The notes: generated by a model not told the origin, from the sequence alone. A stretch of 64,000 bases of DNA from an uncultured Nitrospirales bacterium (GCA_964609965.1 CAZSTS010000001.1:265318-329317), one strand, 5' to 3'. Shown: positions 36,369-44,389, numbered from the stretch's first letter. Numbers and translations are program-made.

Positions 36369-39275
36369 ATGAAACCTTTAAAAGTATATCTATATTTAAT
36401 TTTTATCATTTCTATTTTTGTTTTCTTGTTACATTTTTCAGGCTCTGTTGGTTGCGGTGGTGGTTCGAGTGGCAGCGTGGCCCTTGGCTACGGTGATATC
36501 ACAGGAGGTGTGGTTCTAGAAAACCTCACTACATCTAAGTCATTTGATTCGAACGCGAGTATTTCTGTACCAAAACTCACAAGTTCTACACAAAGATACG
36601 TGACCCTAAACAATACAAACCTAAAATACCTCGCAGCAAGTTCGCCTCAAATCAAATATGCTATTGACTCCTCTGTTTCAGGAACAGCCTCACTCATTGA
36701 TTTGGAAGGAAACGTAATAGAAACAAGTGACTTTAATGGTGAGTTTAGTTTTACAAATACTCTAGAAGGAACCTATCTAGTAAAAGTAGTTATTGCTAAA
36801 CCTACAGGCCTTGCCAACTTGATGATAAAAACCTTTGTCGATGTTTCAGCAGGAGGAACAACCGTTGCAGTTCCTAATCCCCTTTCAACTGTTGTTGTCG
36901 AAAAAGCCATAGAAACAGGAAATGAACACGGCATTGTTGGTGACTCATTAAATGGTTTTAACCTTAGTATGATGATATCAATAATTGATGATTGTTTCGG
37001 ATCTCAATACTACTCCAAAGGAATAGATGACAAATTAGAGGCCAGTAATCTTGCAGACTCAAATGGCATTCCTTATGACTTGGCTACAATCGCTGATATG
37101 TTTGAAGACCTGCCAGACTCCTGCAAAACACTTGGCTACACATCATTTGCTCGCGGCAAACTTTTGGCTGCTGGTAAGGATTTTAAAAAAGTCACACAAG
37201 CCTTGGGTGAAATCTTTCTTCAATTAGGTTTTATTGTTATGCCTGATCAGCATGAATCCGTCCTCACTGAAACCCTTGGAGATTATGCGGTAGAAAATTA
37301 TTGCCAAGACCCTCAAGGTTGTGATGGCAGTGAAGAATGGAAAAAGCCTCTCGATCACACTGTCTTTGTACCCACAAGCTTTGAAAAAAATAGAAACCAC
37401 CCAGATGATGATCCCTGGTATTGGTTACCTATGATTTCGGAATATCGCATTAAATTTCTCGCTCAAGCCTATGTAGATGACTTAACAGTCACTGCTACCC
37501 AAATACATAGGGCTATTGTCGATAAAAAAGGTTTATGGATGAGTCTTTGTTTTGAGTCAGGCTTTGGTAGCCAATACTGTTTTGATACAGATGGCAAACC
37601 TGCATTAAACATGGTCTATGGCCCTGACCACGTAGACCCACTCCTTGATGAAGATGATATACAAGAACCTAGTTGTGCACAAATACTTCCCATTCTTTGT
37701 GATCCTGGAGAAACCATAGATACATTTGCCGCTAAAACCATTAATATGGCTACGATTAAAGAAGATATTATCTTCCAACGAATCCATCTTGATCATAATA
37801 TCACAGGTGGCCCCAATTTATGGGTCGTGTTTGATGGTTGGGATGGCAATAAGGACTCCAAGGCTGTAAAAGTAAACATTAACAGAGGCGATGATTTTGA
37901 GATCACGTCTGTTGTACAATCTGAGGTTGGTAAATATTACCTTACTCAACGTCACGACACATCTGAAAATGGGACTATTGGTTTTATTAAAGTCGATGAC
38001 GGTCGCTGGGTCTCTAAAGATAACGGAGAAGAACTTACATACAACATTGATAATGTCATATTACTAGAGGGTGTATCAGTAAAGGAAACAGGATCAAATA
38101 TATATGGAGGTTCTGTAATAATTAATGACATGCATTTTGGAGTTGTAGGTGATGGTTGGCAGGCTGGATCTAGCCCAATTGAAGTATATATGACGTATGA
38201 AAACGGTCAGCACTCAGCCGCCCAGATCGATGAAGGTGCTACAGGCACTCCACATTATCTTATGTGGAATGAAGATACGCATGAAAAGGCAGTCGTAAAT
38301 TTCTTGAATAGCGAAAATGGTCAATGCGTTTTAGATGATCCTTCAGATGAAGAATCAGAGGCCAACCCCTGTCTTGAGGGGGCTCTCGGAGATATCATTG
38401 GGCTCTTTGAACATGAATACCGTGACATGCATACATATATCTTTAATGGCACAGTGGACAACCCACTCTATGATAGAGAAGCAGATCCCTACTTTGATGA
38501 TCTTCCAGACACAGGTAATCTCTGCAACATTGATGCTGACGGTGATGGCAAGCAAGATCCTGGTGACGGCATTCTTTGTACAAAAACTCTTTTAGATAAA
38601 AACCTTTGCGATGCACTTGAAGATACATTTTCATGGCATATCATCCACACAAACTTAGATGCCCCTTACAGTGTCCACGAGGACTACTACAGATGGGCTG
38701 AATCAAAACAATTTGTGCGATTTAATGGAGAAGAAGATGAAGGTGAAGTCCAGACTATTGCGTGCGGGGATTCTTTTGATTGGCGGACCCTGCCACCACA
38801 TCCAGATGATAATCAAAACCTCATCCCTCCAGAGAACACTCCTGGTGATTCATTTGACTATATGAAAACCCCAGCCCAAAACGGACTTGTGCCACGCAAC
38901 TTTAGGGCCCTTGCCAATGCCTATGCAGTGGGAAGACCCAATGCCATAACCAATTTAGCATCACTGGCCTTTGGAGGACACTCAACAGTTGGTCCTACAA
39001 CAGAGTTCAACATCATCGAGGCCTTTGCCATGATCTACACAGCAATCAGTGTAGACACAAATGTGACTGTTGCGGGCTCTCTTCTCTTAGAAGACGCCTT
39101 GTATGACCACGAAACCATGCAGTACGTGGACTTGGAACTCATTGATGAAATGTTCCATGCCACATTCTATCAACCATGGATGCATAAAGAGGGGGAGCAC
39201 AAGAGTGACTATCAAAGGATATTAGAAATTTTTGGAATTAGTGAAGACTACTTGCATGATAAAGGTATTTATTAG
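36369..39275 (+). CDS. Large (968 aa) secreted/lipoprotein of unknown function
   Basis: Signal peptide with SVGC-GGG lipobox-like site. Long uninterrupted ORF with Asp-rich calcium-binding-like stretch (NIDADGDGKQDPGDG). No family recognised. Confidence 0.6.
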   Translation: MKPLKVYLYLIFIISIFVFLLHFSGSVGCGGGSSGSVALGYGDITGGVVLENLTTSKSFDSNASISVPKLTSSTQRYVTLNNTNLKYLAASSPQIKYAIDSSVSGTASLIDLEGNVIETSDFNGEFSFTNTLEGTYLVKVVIAKPTGLANLMIKTFVDVSAGGTTVAVPNPLSTVVVEKAIETGNEHGIVGDSLNGFNLSMMISIIDDCFGSQYYSKGIDDKLEASNLADSNGIPYDLATIADMFEDLPDSCKTLGYTSFARGKLLAAGKDFKKVTQALGEIFLQLGFIVMPDQHESVLTETLGDYAVENYCQDPQGCDGSEEWKKPLDHTVFVPTSFEKNRNHPDDDPWYWLPMISEYRIKFLAQAYVDDLTVTATQIHRAIVDKKGLWMSLCFESGFGSQYCFDTDGKPALNMVYGPDHVDPLLDEDDIQEPSCAQILPILCDPGETIDTFAAKTINMATIKEDIIFQRIHLDHNITGGPNLWVVFDGWDGNKDSKAVKVNINRGDDFEITSVVQSEVGKYYLTQRHDTSENGTIGFIKVDDGRWVSKDNGEELTYNIDNVILLEGVSVKETGSNIYGGSVIINDMHFGVVGDGWQAGSSPIEVYMTYENGQHSAAQIDEGATGTPHYLMWNEDTHEKAVVNFLNSENGQCVLDDPSDEESEANPCLEGALGDIIGLFEHEYRDMHTYIFNGTVDNPLYDREADPYFDDLPDTGNLCNIDADGDGKQDPGDGILCTKTLLDKNLCDALEDTFSWHIIHTNLDAPYSVHEDYYRWAESKQFVRFNGEEDEGEVQTIACGDSFDWRTLPPHPDDNQNLIPPENTPGDSFDYMKTPAQNGLVPRNFRALANAYAVGRPNAITNLASLAFGGHSTVGPTTEFNIIEAFAMIYTAISVDTNVTVAGSLLLEDALYDHETMQYVDLELIDEMFHATFYQPWMHKEGEHKSDYQRILEIFGISEDYLHDKGIY

Positions 39276-40234
39276 TCCCTGCTACCAGGAAAAGCTTGCA
39301 TAAACGCAACGAGCAGCCTTCTTTGTTGTGGCGCAGGACTCTCACCAACAAAAGCCATTAGATCTTCTCGCGTCTGATCAATTATATCTGTATTCAACCG
39401 CAAAACTTCATTACGTATCAGTCGTCTTCCTTCAAACCAAGGACGATTAATGCGCAAAGAATGATTTCTCTGTGCTACATCCACTGCTTGAACAAGAAGC
39501 TCTGGGGCACCTAAGAAAAAATCAAGATGATTGTTAATAAGATCTAAAAAGAAATCACGTCTCGTTGGTGGCATTTCATCGAGAAAATTAGTAGCAGATG
39601 GCCTCAGGAGTTGAATGAGTGTTCCTTTTTCTTGGGGTGTAAGCCTGGCTATCTCTTCATCTGAAAAGAGATTATAAACATAGGTCAAAACCGTTACTTC
39701 ATGAGGTGCACGACAGTTTCGTAAGAGCCATGGTAATAATCTGCTCCCTCGCCCTCTTTCATCATATGTCAGCAGTAACCTTTGTAAGGTTGGCATTAGG
39801 AATTTATAGGTTCCTTGACGACTTACTTCATCTGCTTGAGGGTGGTTGGGAATCACATTTTCAACCCTCAATCCTTGAGCTTGATAATGTTCAATTCCTT
39901 TATTCTTACCTTTTATCAAACGTTGTGAAGGATTAACTGAAAAGGCTTCACGAGCAGCAGCTCGAATTGAATGCCGTGCACGAAAGATTGCAACCCCACC
40001 GAAAACAACAATACCAAAAGCCAGAGCCAAATCACATGAACTCCATGTGTGTTGTGCACGAGCACCAACAGGCTCATGAACAGGAACTACTGTACGAAGC
40101 TCTTGTTCAGCTTCATCTGCTGCAAGTACTTCCGTTCCTTGAAACGCTTGTTTAAATGCAGCACAACCAGCGCCTAAAAGAGCTAAAGACGTACCTGCCA
40201 CTATGGCAGGCGAAGAATAAATTGTTGAACTCAT
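39272..40234 (-). CDS. Hypothetical protein with two N-terminal hydrophobic segments (320 aa)
   Basis: Start set at MSSTIY (RBS AAGAGG 7 nt upstream); the track ORF extends to 40402 across a regulatory palindrome. TM-like AIVAGTSLALLGAGCAAF and LALAFGIVVFGGVAIF. Higher GC than the flanks. Confidence 0.55.
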   Translation of the reverse strand: MSSTIYSSPAIVAGTSLALLGAGCAAFKQAFQGTEVLAADEAEQELRTVVPVHEPVGARAQHTWSSCDLALAFGIVVFGGVAIFRARHSIRAAAREAFSVNPSQRLIKGKNKGIEHYQAQGLRVENVIPNHPQADEVSRQGTYKFLMPTLQRLLLTYDERGRGSRLLPWLLRNCRAPHEVTVLTYVYNLFSDEEIARLTPQEKGTLIQLLRPSATNFLDEMPPTRRDFFLDLINNHLDFFLGAPELLVQAVDVAQRNHSLRINRPWFEGRRLIRNEVLRLNTDIIDQTREDLMAFVGESPAPQQRRLLVAFMQAFPGSRD

Positions 40235-40342
40235 ACGGTAACCTCTTGATTTTTCTGTATTTCTATGCACCCTGTTACCGCATTCATTATATCGCATCCT
40301 TTTAGATAAAGTTGCGTAAAAAAACAATCTTATCATAATGAT

Positions 40343-40358
40343 GGACACAGAAGTGTCC
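40343..40358. promoter_or_regulatory. 16-bp palindrome GGACAC-AGAA-GTGTCC in a divergent intergenic region
   Basis: Perfect 6+4+6 inverted repeat with the same arms as 27601-27616. Lies between the 39272-40234 (-) and 40532 (+) genes. Confidence 0.6.
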
Positions 40359-40531
40359 GGAAAATTTATTTGAAAAAACCACGAAACTTTTGTTAACCAC
40401 AAGCGATATTGGGTTAGAATTCTACAGATTAGAATTCTTTATAGGGTGCTACCCGTTCCGATTATGGGCAAATAATCACAGGGTGCAAATCAAAAAATAA
40501 AATATATCCTCCTCAACGAAAGGATTAGTTT

Positions 40532-41329
40532 ATGCTTACTAGAGCCATACAACAAAGTTTTGCTTCACTTGTAACTCCATTAGAAACCATTGCAGTTCAA
40601 GATCCAGGAGTTCAGCAAGTTATCATACAAGGACTTAATGCTGCACTGAGCGTAACTCCATTTGCAGAAGGCCATAGGGGTCAATATGCTCATCTTACAG
40701 GACAAGATGGTTCTATAGCACCAGCCTTTTTAGCGTGGAATCTGCGGAAAGCTCATGTCGCTCTTGGATACACACCGAATGACCGAGTAATCCTTGAACA
40801 AGTGGCCTTTGATATAACACATACTGACATCCCTCCTGTTGTTGGTATGGTCACATCATCATACTCATACCTGCTTGTAAATTCCGGAAATCCACGTGTG
40901 AAAGATGGTCGATCCGGCCTAACCTTACCAGGCAGTGTTGTTCACAATGCAAGTTTTCCTTTTGCAAGAGTTCATCAGCAAATTATTCAAGAAGATCGTT
41001 TTGATCTTGATGCGATTCTCATGCAAGCAGGTGTTAGCTCTGCAGCTGAGTTCAGTGAATTATGGACCAAATTTGATAAAAGCATAGATGAACTAGAATT
41101 AAGTGTAAGAACTAGAAATGCTATTCAAAATGCTAACATTGTTTATATTGGTGAACTTGTGCAAAAAACAGAAGTTGAATTACTCAAAACCAAAAACTTT
41201 GGTCGTAGATCCTTAAATGAGATTAAAGAAGTCCTTGAAGATATGTTTGGCCTTTCACTAGGCATTGATGTTGGAGAGTGGAGAGCACCAAATGTACGAC
41301 CTGCTGGCAGTAGTATTCAAGGGCATTAA
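40532..41329 (+). CDS. Orphan alpha-CTD protein A: novel N-domain + RNA polymerase alpha C-terminal domain
   Basis: C-terminus [58 protein letters not shown] closely resembles RpoA alpha-CTD. The N-terminal ~175 aa are shared only with the paralogues at 42378 and 43344. Confidence 0.75.
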   Translation: MLTRAIQQSFASLVTPLETIAVQDPGVQQVIIQGLNAALSVTPFAEGHRGQYAHLTGQDGSIAPAFLAWNLRKAHVALGYTPNDRVILEQVAFDITHTDIPPVVGMVTSSYSYLLVNSGNPRVKDGRSGLTLPGSVVHNASFPFARVHQQIIQEDRFDLDAILMQAGVSSAAEFSELWTKFDKSIDELELSVRTRNAIQNANIVYIGELVQKTEVELLKTKNFGRRSLNEIKEVLEDMFGLSLGIDVGEWRAPNVRPAGSSIQGH

Positions 41330-41399
41330 ATTGCTAGTGTATTCTTGATTGCATCTCATCAAATCTTATGGTATTATTATTTTATATTAAGGTAATACC

Positions 41400-41681
41400 A
41401 TGATATTTAGCTTTAAACTCAGTCCTGCCCTTTTAGAAAAACTTCAAGTGTGTGCGCAAGATTTCGGTGAATCTAAAGGCACTCTTATCAGACATGCCCT
41501 CGAAGAATATCTCGAAAAGAACAAAGACTTCAAATCCCGCATCAAAAAACTTACAGACAAACTCAAAAAACCTACTAAAAAAACAAAAACAAATTGGGAA
41601 TCAATCTATAATAATACGCGTTGTGATTTAGACGAAGCTCCAGAACAAGAAGTCTTGCGCGTCCGTAGAAGGGGTTTATGA
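41400..41681 (+). CDS. Ribbon-helix-helix (CopG/VapB-like) antitoxin
   Basis: 93 aa. N-terminal RHH-like text (FKLSPALLEKLQVCAQDFGESKGTLIRHALEEYL). 4-nt ATGA overlap with the downstream PIN gene. Confidence 0.6.
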   Translation: MIFSFKLSPALLEKLQVCAQDFGESKGTLIRHALEEYLEKNKDFKSRIKKLTDKLKKPTKKTKTNWESIYNNTRCDLDEAPEQEVLRVRRRGL

Positions 41682-42124
41682 AAAAAGCCTTTATCGATTC
41701 TGACGTGTTTATTCGTGACTTGCGTTATCCAAGAGATAAAAAAACAAAAACAAACACACTTTTTCTCAAAAAAGTAAAATCAGGCAAGATTAAAGCCTAC
41801 ACTTCAATCTTTAATATCTTAGAAATCTGCGGCATTCTTTCTTATAATCTTTCCCAAGAGCAGCTCATAAAACTCTATAGTGAATTTTGTGCTCATTATG
41901 GTGTAAAAATTCTCTTCCCTGCAGATAGCACTGGGAATCTTGACTATGACATTGCCACGATCTTTAAACAAATATCTCACAAGCAATCATTCGGTGATGC
42001 TCAAATCTCTTATGTCATCGATCGCTTTAAAAACGACATTTCATCATTCATATCCTGGAATGCCAAACACTTTGAGGGTAAGATCCCTTTTCCTTGTTTA
42101 ACCCCAGAATCGTATATGAAGTAG
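41678..42124 (+). CDS. vapC: PIN-domain toxin (VapC-like)
   Basis: MKKAFIDSDVFI (first acidic residue), later D/E positions and C-terminal SWNAKHF typical of PIN. Coupled to the RHH gene. Confidence 0.6.
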   Translation: MKKAFIDSDVFIRDLRYPRDKKTKTNTLFLKKVKSGKIKAYTSIFNILEICGILSYNLSQEQLIKLYSEFCAHYGVKILFPADSTGNLDYDIATIFKQISHKQSFGDAQISYVIDRFKNDISSFISWNAKHFEGKIPFPCLTPESYMK

Positions 42125-42155
42125 GGGCAGGCCCCTGTGCCTACCCGTTTTTTTT
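42121..42155 (+). terminator. Rho-independent terminator after the TA pair
   Basis: Imperfect GC-rich hairpin GTAGGGGCAG..CTGTGCCTAC followed by a T8 run (42148-42155). Confidence 0.6.
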
Positions 42156-42377
42156 ATGATCGAAATCTTTGGGCGACCACAGGGGGTCGCCCCTACAAAA
42201 ACCTAATTTGCCGTTAGGCAAAACATTACCCCCCCCACGCTGTACCCTGTACGTAGTATGCAAGACACCCCACCCTGTGTACACTCTGAACACGAAAATT
42301 GCACATCCAACGCAACATTTTCTCAAATCTCTCTGATAACAAGCTAGACAGTTCGAAGAATTTTATTAGGAGGGAAT

Positions 42378-43142
42378 ATGGTTTCACCTGCTGTTCAAAG
42401 TAGTTTTCCTGCAATAGGAGGCTCGTTAGAGGCAATTGCTGCCCTTGATTCTAGAATTCAGGTTCAGTTCATTGATTCAATGAATACAGCACTTGATTTA
42501 GTTACCATTGGGGGAGTCCGCAGAAGTCAATTTGCTCATATGACAGGAAAATATTCTGATCCACGTCCAGTTCATCTCACTTGGGATATTAATCAAGAAC
42601 TTTCTGCCCTTGGTTTAGCTCCAGGCGATACCCTGCCCGATAGATTACGTTTTGATCTAGCACGTGAAGAGGTTCCACCAGCTGTGGCCATACTCACCGC
42701 ATCCTTTACGTACCTCGTCGTAGATTCTAATCAACACGCTATTCAGGATGGTGCATTGGGATTAAATGTACCAAGAAGACTTGGTCACGATCCAAAATTT
42801 CCTTATGTAAAAGTTCATCAACACCTGACTCATGTAGATCGTTTTGATATGAATAGATTTGTGGCAGATGCATCAGCTGGACTTACACCTGCATCTACTA
42901 GTTTTTGGAATAGCTTAGATAAATGTATAGATGATTTTGAACTAAGTGTAAGAGCTAGTAACTGTCTACAAAATGCCAATATAAAATATGTCGGTGAACT
43001 TGTGCAAAAAACAAGAACTGAATTACGTAAAATAAAGAATTTTGGAAGGAAAACCATAGACGAAGTGGTAGATGTAATTCTCACACCACTGGGTCTTTCC
43101 CTTGACATGGATGTCCGTGGCTGGACACCGCCTTCTAAATAA
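42378..43142 (+). CDS. Orphan alpha-CTD protein B (paralogue)
   Basis: C-terminus DDFELSVRASNCLQNANIKYVGELVQKTRTELRKIKNFGRKTIDEVVDVILTPLGLSLDMDVRGWTPP. N-domain is homologous to A and C (PPAVAILTASFTYLVVDSN, FPYVKVHQ, DRFDM). Strong RBS AGGAGGG. Confidence 0.75.
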   Translation: MVSPAVQSSFPAIGGSLEAIAALDSRIQVQFIDSMNTALDLVTIGGVRRSQFAHMTGKYSDPRPVHLTWDINQELSALGLAPGDTLPDRLRFDLAREEVPPAVAILTASFTYLVVDSNQHAIQDGALGLNVPRRLGHDPKFPYVKVHQHLTHVDRFDMNRFVADASAGLTPASTSFWNSLDKCIDDFELSVRASNCLQNANIKYVGELVQKTRTELRKIKNFGRKTIDEVVDVILTPLGLSLDMDVRGWTPPSK

Positions 43143-43215
43143 ATAAACTCCATTTTTCCCTGGAATCAAAATCCCAGGCTCTAGCATTTTGTCCCTCTGG
43201 GACAACAGCATAAAG

Positions 43216-43235
43216 CCGGAGACTTCAGTCTCCGG
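43216..43235. promoter_or_regulatory. 20-bp palindrome CCGGAGAC-TTCA-GTCTCCGG upstream of paralogue C
   Basis: Perfect 8+4+8 inverted repeat. Its core GGAGAC-N4-GTCTCC has the same geometry as GGACAC-N4-GTGTCC. It could alternatively be the terminator hairpin of gene B, but no T-run follows. Confidence 0.4.
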
Positions 43236-43343
43236 AACGATTGAGCTGCTTTCTCCAGAAAACAGAAACTCTCATTTTTTAGAAACATTCTCCTTAAATT
43301 CACTAATAATAAATTTGATAAATATCATTTATGGAGAAACGGC

Positions 43344-43940
43344 ATGATTTCAAAGGCTATACAACAACATCTGACTTCATTGGTCGGACCTTTAACAAGT
43401 ATTTCTAAGTTTGATAGTGGAGCACAAGAATTAATGATAAGAGGAATGAATGCTGCTCTTGGTATTGGCGTAACTCCATTTTCAGGTAAACATAGGGCTC
43501 AATATGCTCGTATTGTAGGAGAAGACAGAAGTGCTAAACCTGCCTACCTAGCCTGGAATATTGATAGATCACTAGCAGCTCTTGGATTTTCACCAGGCGA
43601 CAGAATGCCCGCAAGAGTGCATCTAGATTTAATACACGAGGAACTCCCTCCAGTTTTAGCTATAGTCACTCCATCATATTCATTTCTTTTAGCAAACTCT
43701 GGAAATGAATTTGTCCAAGACGGAGACTTAGGAATTACCCTTCCAGACTCGCTTCCCCATGATGATTCTTTTCCTTTTGTAAGAACTCATCAACTACCTC
43801 TCCAAGCAGATCGCTTTGACCTTCAAACAATCTTGGCCTTAACGGGTTTTTCAGAACTTTCGTTAGAGGACGATTCATTTTCCACTGACAGTGCCTTAAT
43901 AAAAAACTTGATAAACCAATCACTGACCTTCTTCATCTAA
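43344..43940 (+). CDS. Orphan alpha-CTD protein C, N-domain segment (frame 0; stops at 43938-40)
   Basis: The N-domain is about half identical by eye to protein A (HRAQYARIVGEDRSAKPAYLAWN, PPVLAIVTPSYSFLLANSGN, FPFVRTHQ, DRFDL). The frame ends 31 nt after an A_AAA_AAC heptamer. Confidence 0.7.
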   Translation: MISKAIQQHLTSLVGPLTSISKFDSGAQELMIRGMNAALGIGVTPFSGKHRAQYARIVGEDRSAKPAYLAWNIDRSLAALGFSPGDRMPARVHLDLIHEELPPVLAIVTPSYSFLLANSGNEFVQDGDLGITLPDSLPHDDSFPFVRTHQLPLQADRFDLQTILALTGFSELSLEDDSFSTDSALIKNLINQSLTFFI

Positions 43941-44389
43941 TAGAGGATCTTGCCCATAGAAGAATAGCACAAAAGGCTTTTGAGACACTCGAAATCCGTT
44001 ACATTGGTGACCTCATTCAACTCACAGAAAAAGAACTTCTCAAAGCACGTAACTTTGGTCGAAAATCTTTATGGAGTGTGAGAGGCACTCTAAATGAAAT
44101 GGATCTTGATCTTGGAATGTCAAATACAGAAGGTTGGTCACGGCCAGTTCAAGGAAGAGTACATTTTAACAATAAAATAGGAACACTAGATATATCTGTA
44201 AAAGCTGAAACCCTCTGTGCTCAAGCTGGCATTACCTACATCGGTGAACTTGTACAAATGACAGAAAGAAATCTTTTTCATACGAAAATCCTTGGTCGTC
44301 ATTGCATATCCGACCTCCGTGAAGCTCTTGCTGAACTAGGACTTAGCCTTAATATGGATGTTCAAGGCTGGACACCGCCAACATCCTAA
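43889..44389 (+). CDS. Orphan alpha-CTD protein C, C-terminal segment (-1 frame) with two alpha-CTD-like repeats
   Basis: The frame is open from 43889: ..KKLDKPITDLLHLIEDLAHRRIAQKAFETLEIRYIGDLIQLTEKELLKARNFGRKSLWSV.. and ..LDISVKAETLCAQAGITYIGELVQMTERNLFHTKILGRHCISDLREALAELGLSLNMDVQGWTPP. There is no plausible independent start/RBS before 44078. Confidence 0.65.
   Translation, partial: QCLNKKLDKPITDLLHLIEDLAHRRIAQKAFETLEIRYIGDLIQLTEKELLKARNFGRKSLWSVRGTLNEMDLDLGMSNTEGWSRPVQGRVHFNNKIGTLDISVKAETLCAQAGITYIGELVQMTERNLFHTKILGRHCISDLREALAELGLSLNMDVQGWTPPTS

Noticed and set aside
40235-40402. N-terminal 56-aa extension of the 39272-40402 ORF
   Set aside because: The extension has no RBS and runs across the regulatory palindrome and promoter-like AT-rich sequence. 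An internal Met (MSSTIY) has a good AAGAGG RBS.
40532-44389. Possibility that these are simply rpoA genes
   Set aside because: The products are only ~255-265 aa, lack any alpha N-terminal domain text, are present in three tandem copies, and are not in the rpsK-rpsD-rpoA-rplQ context.
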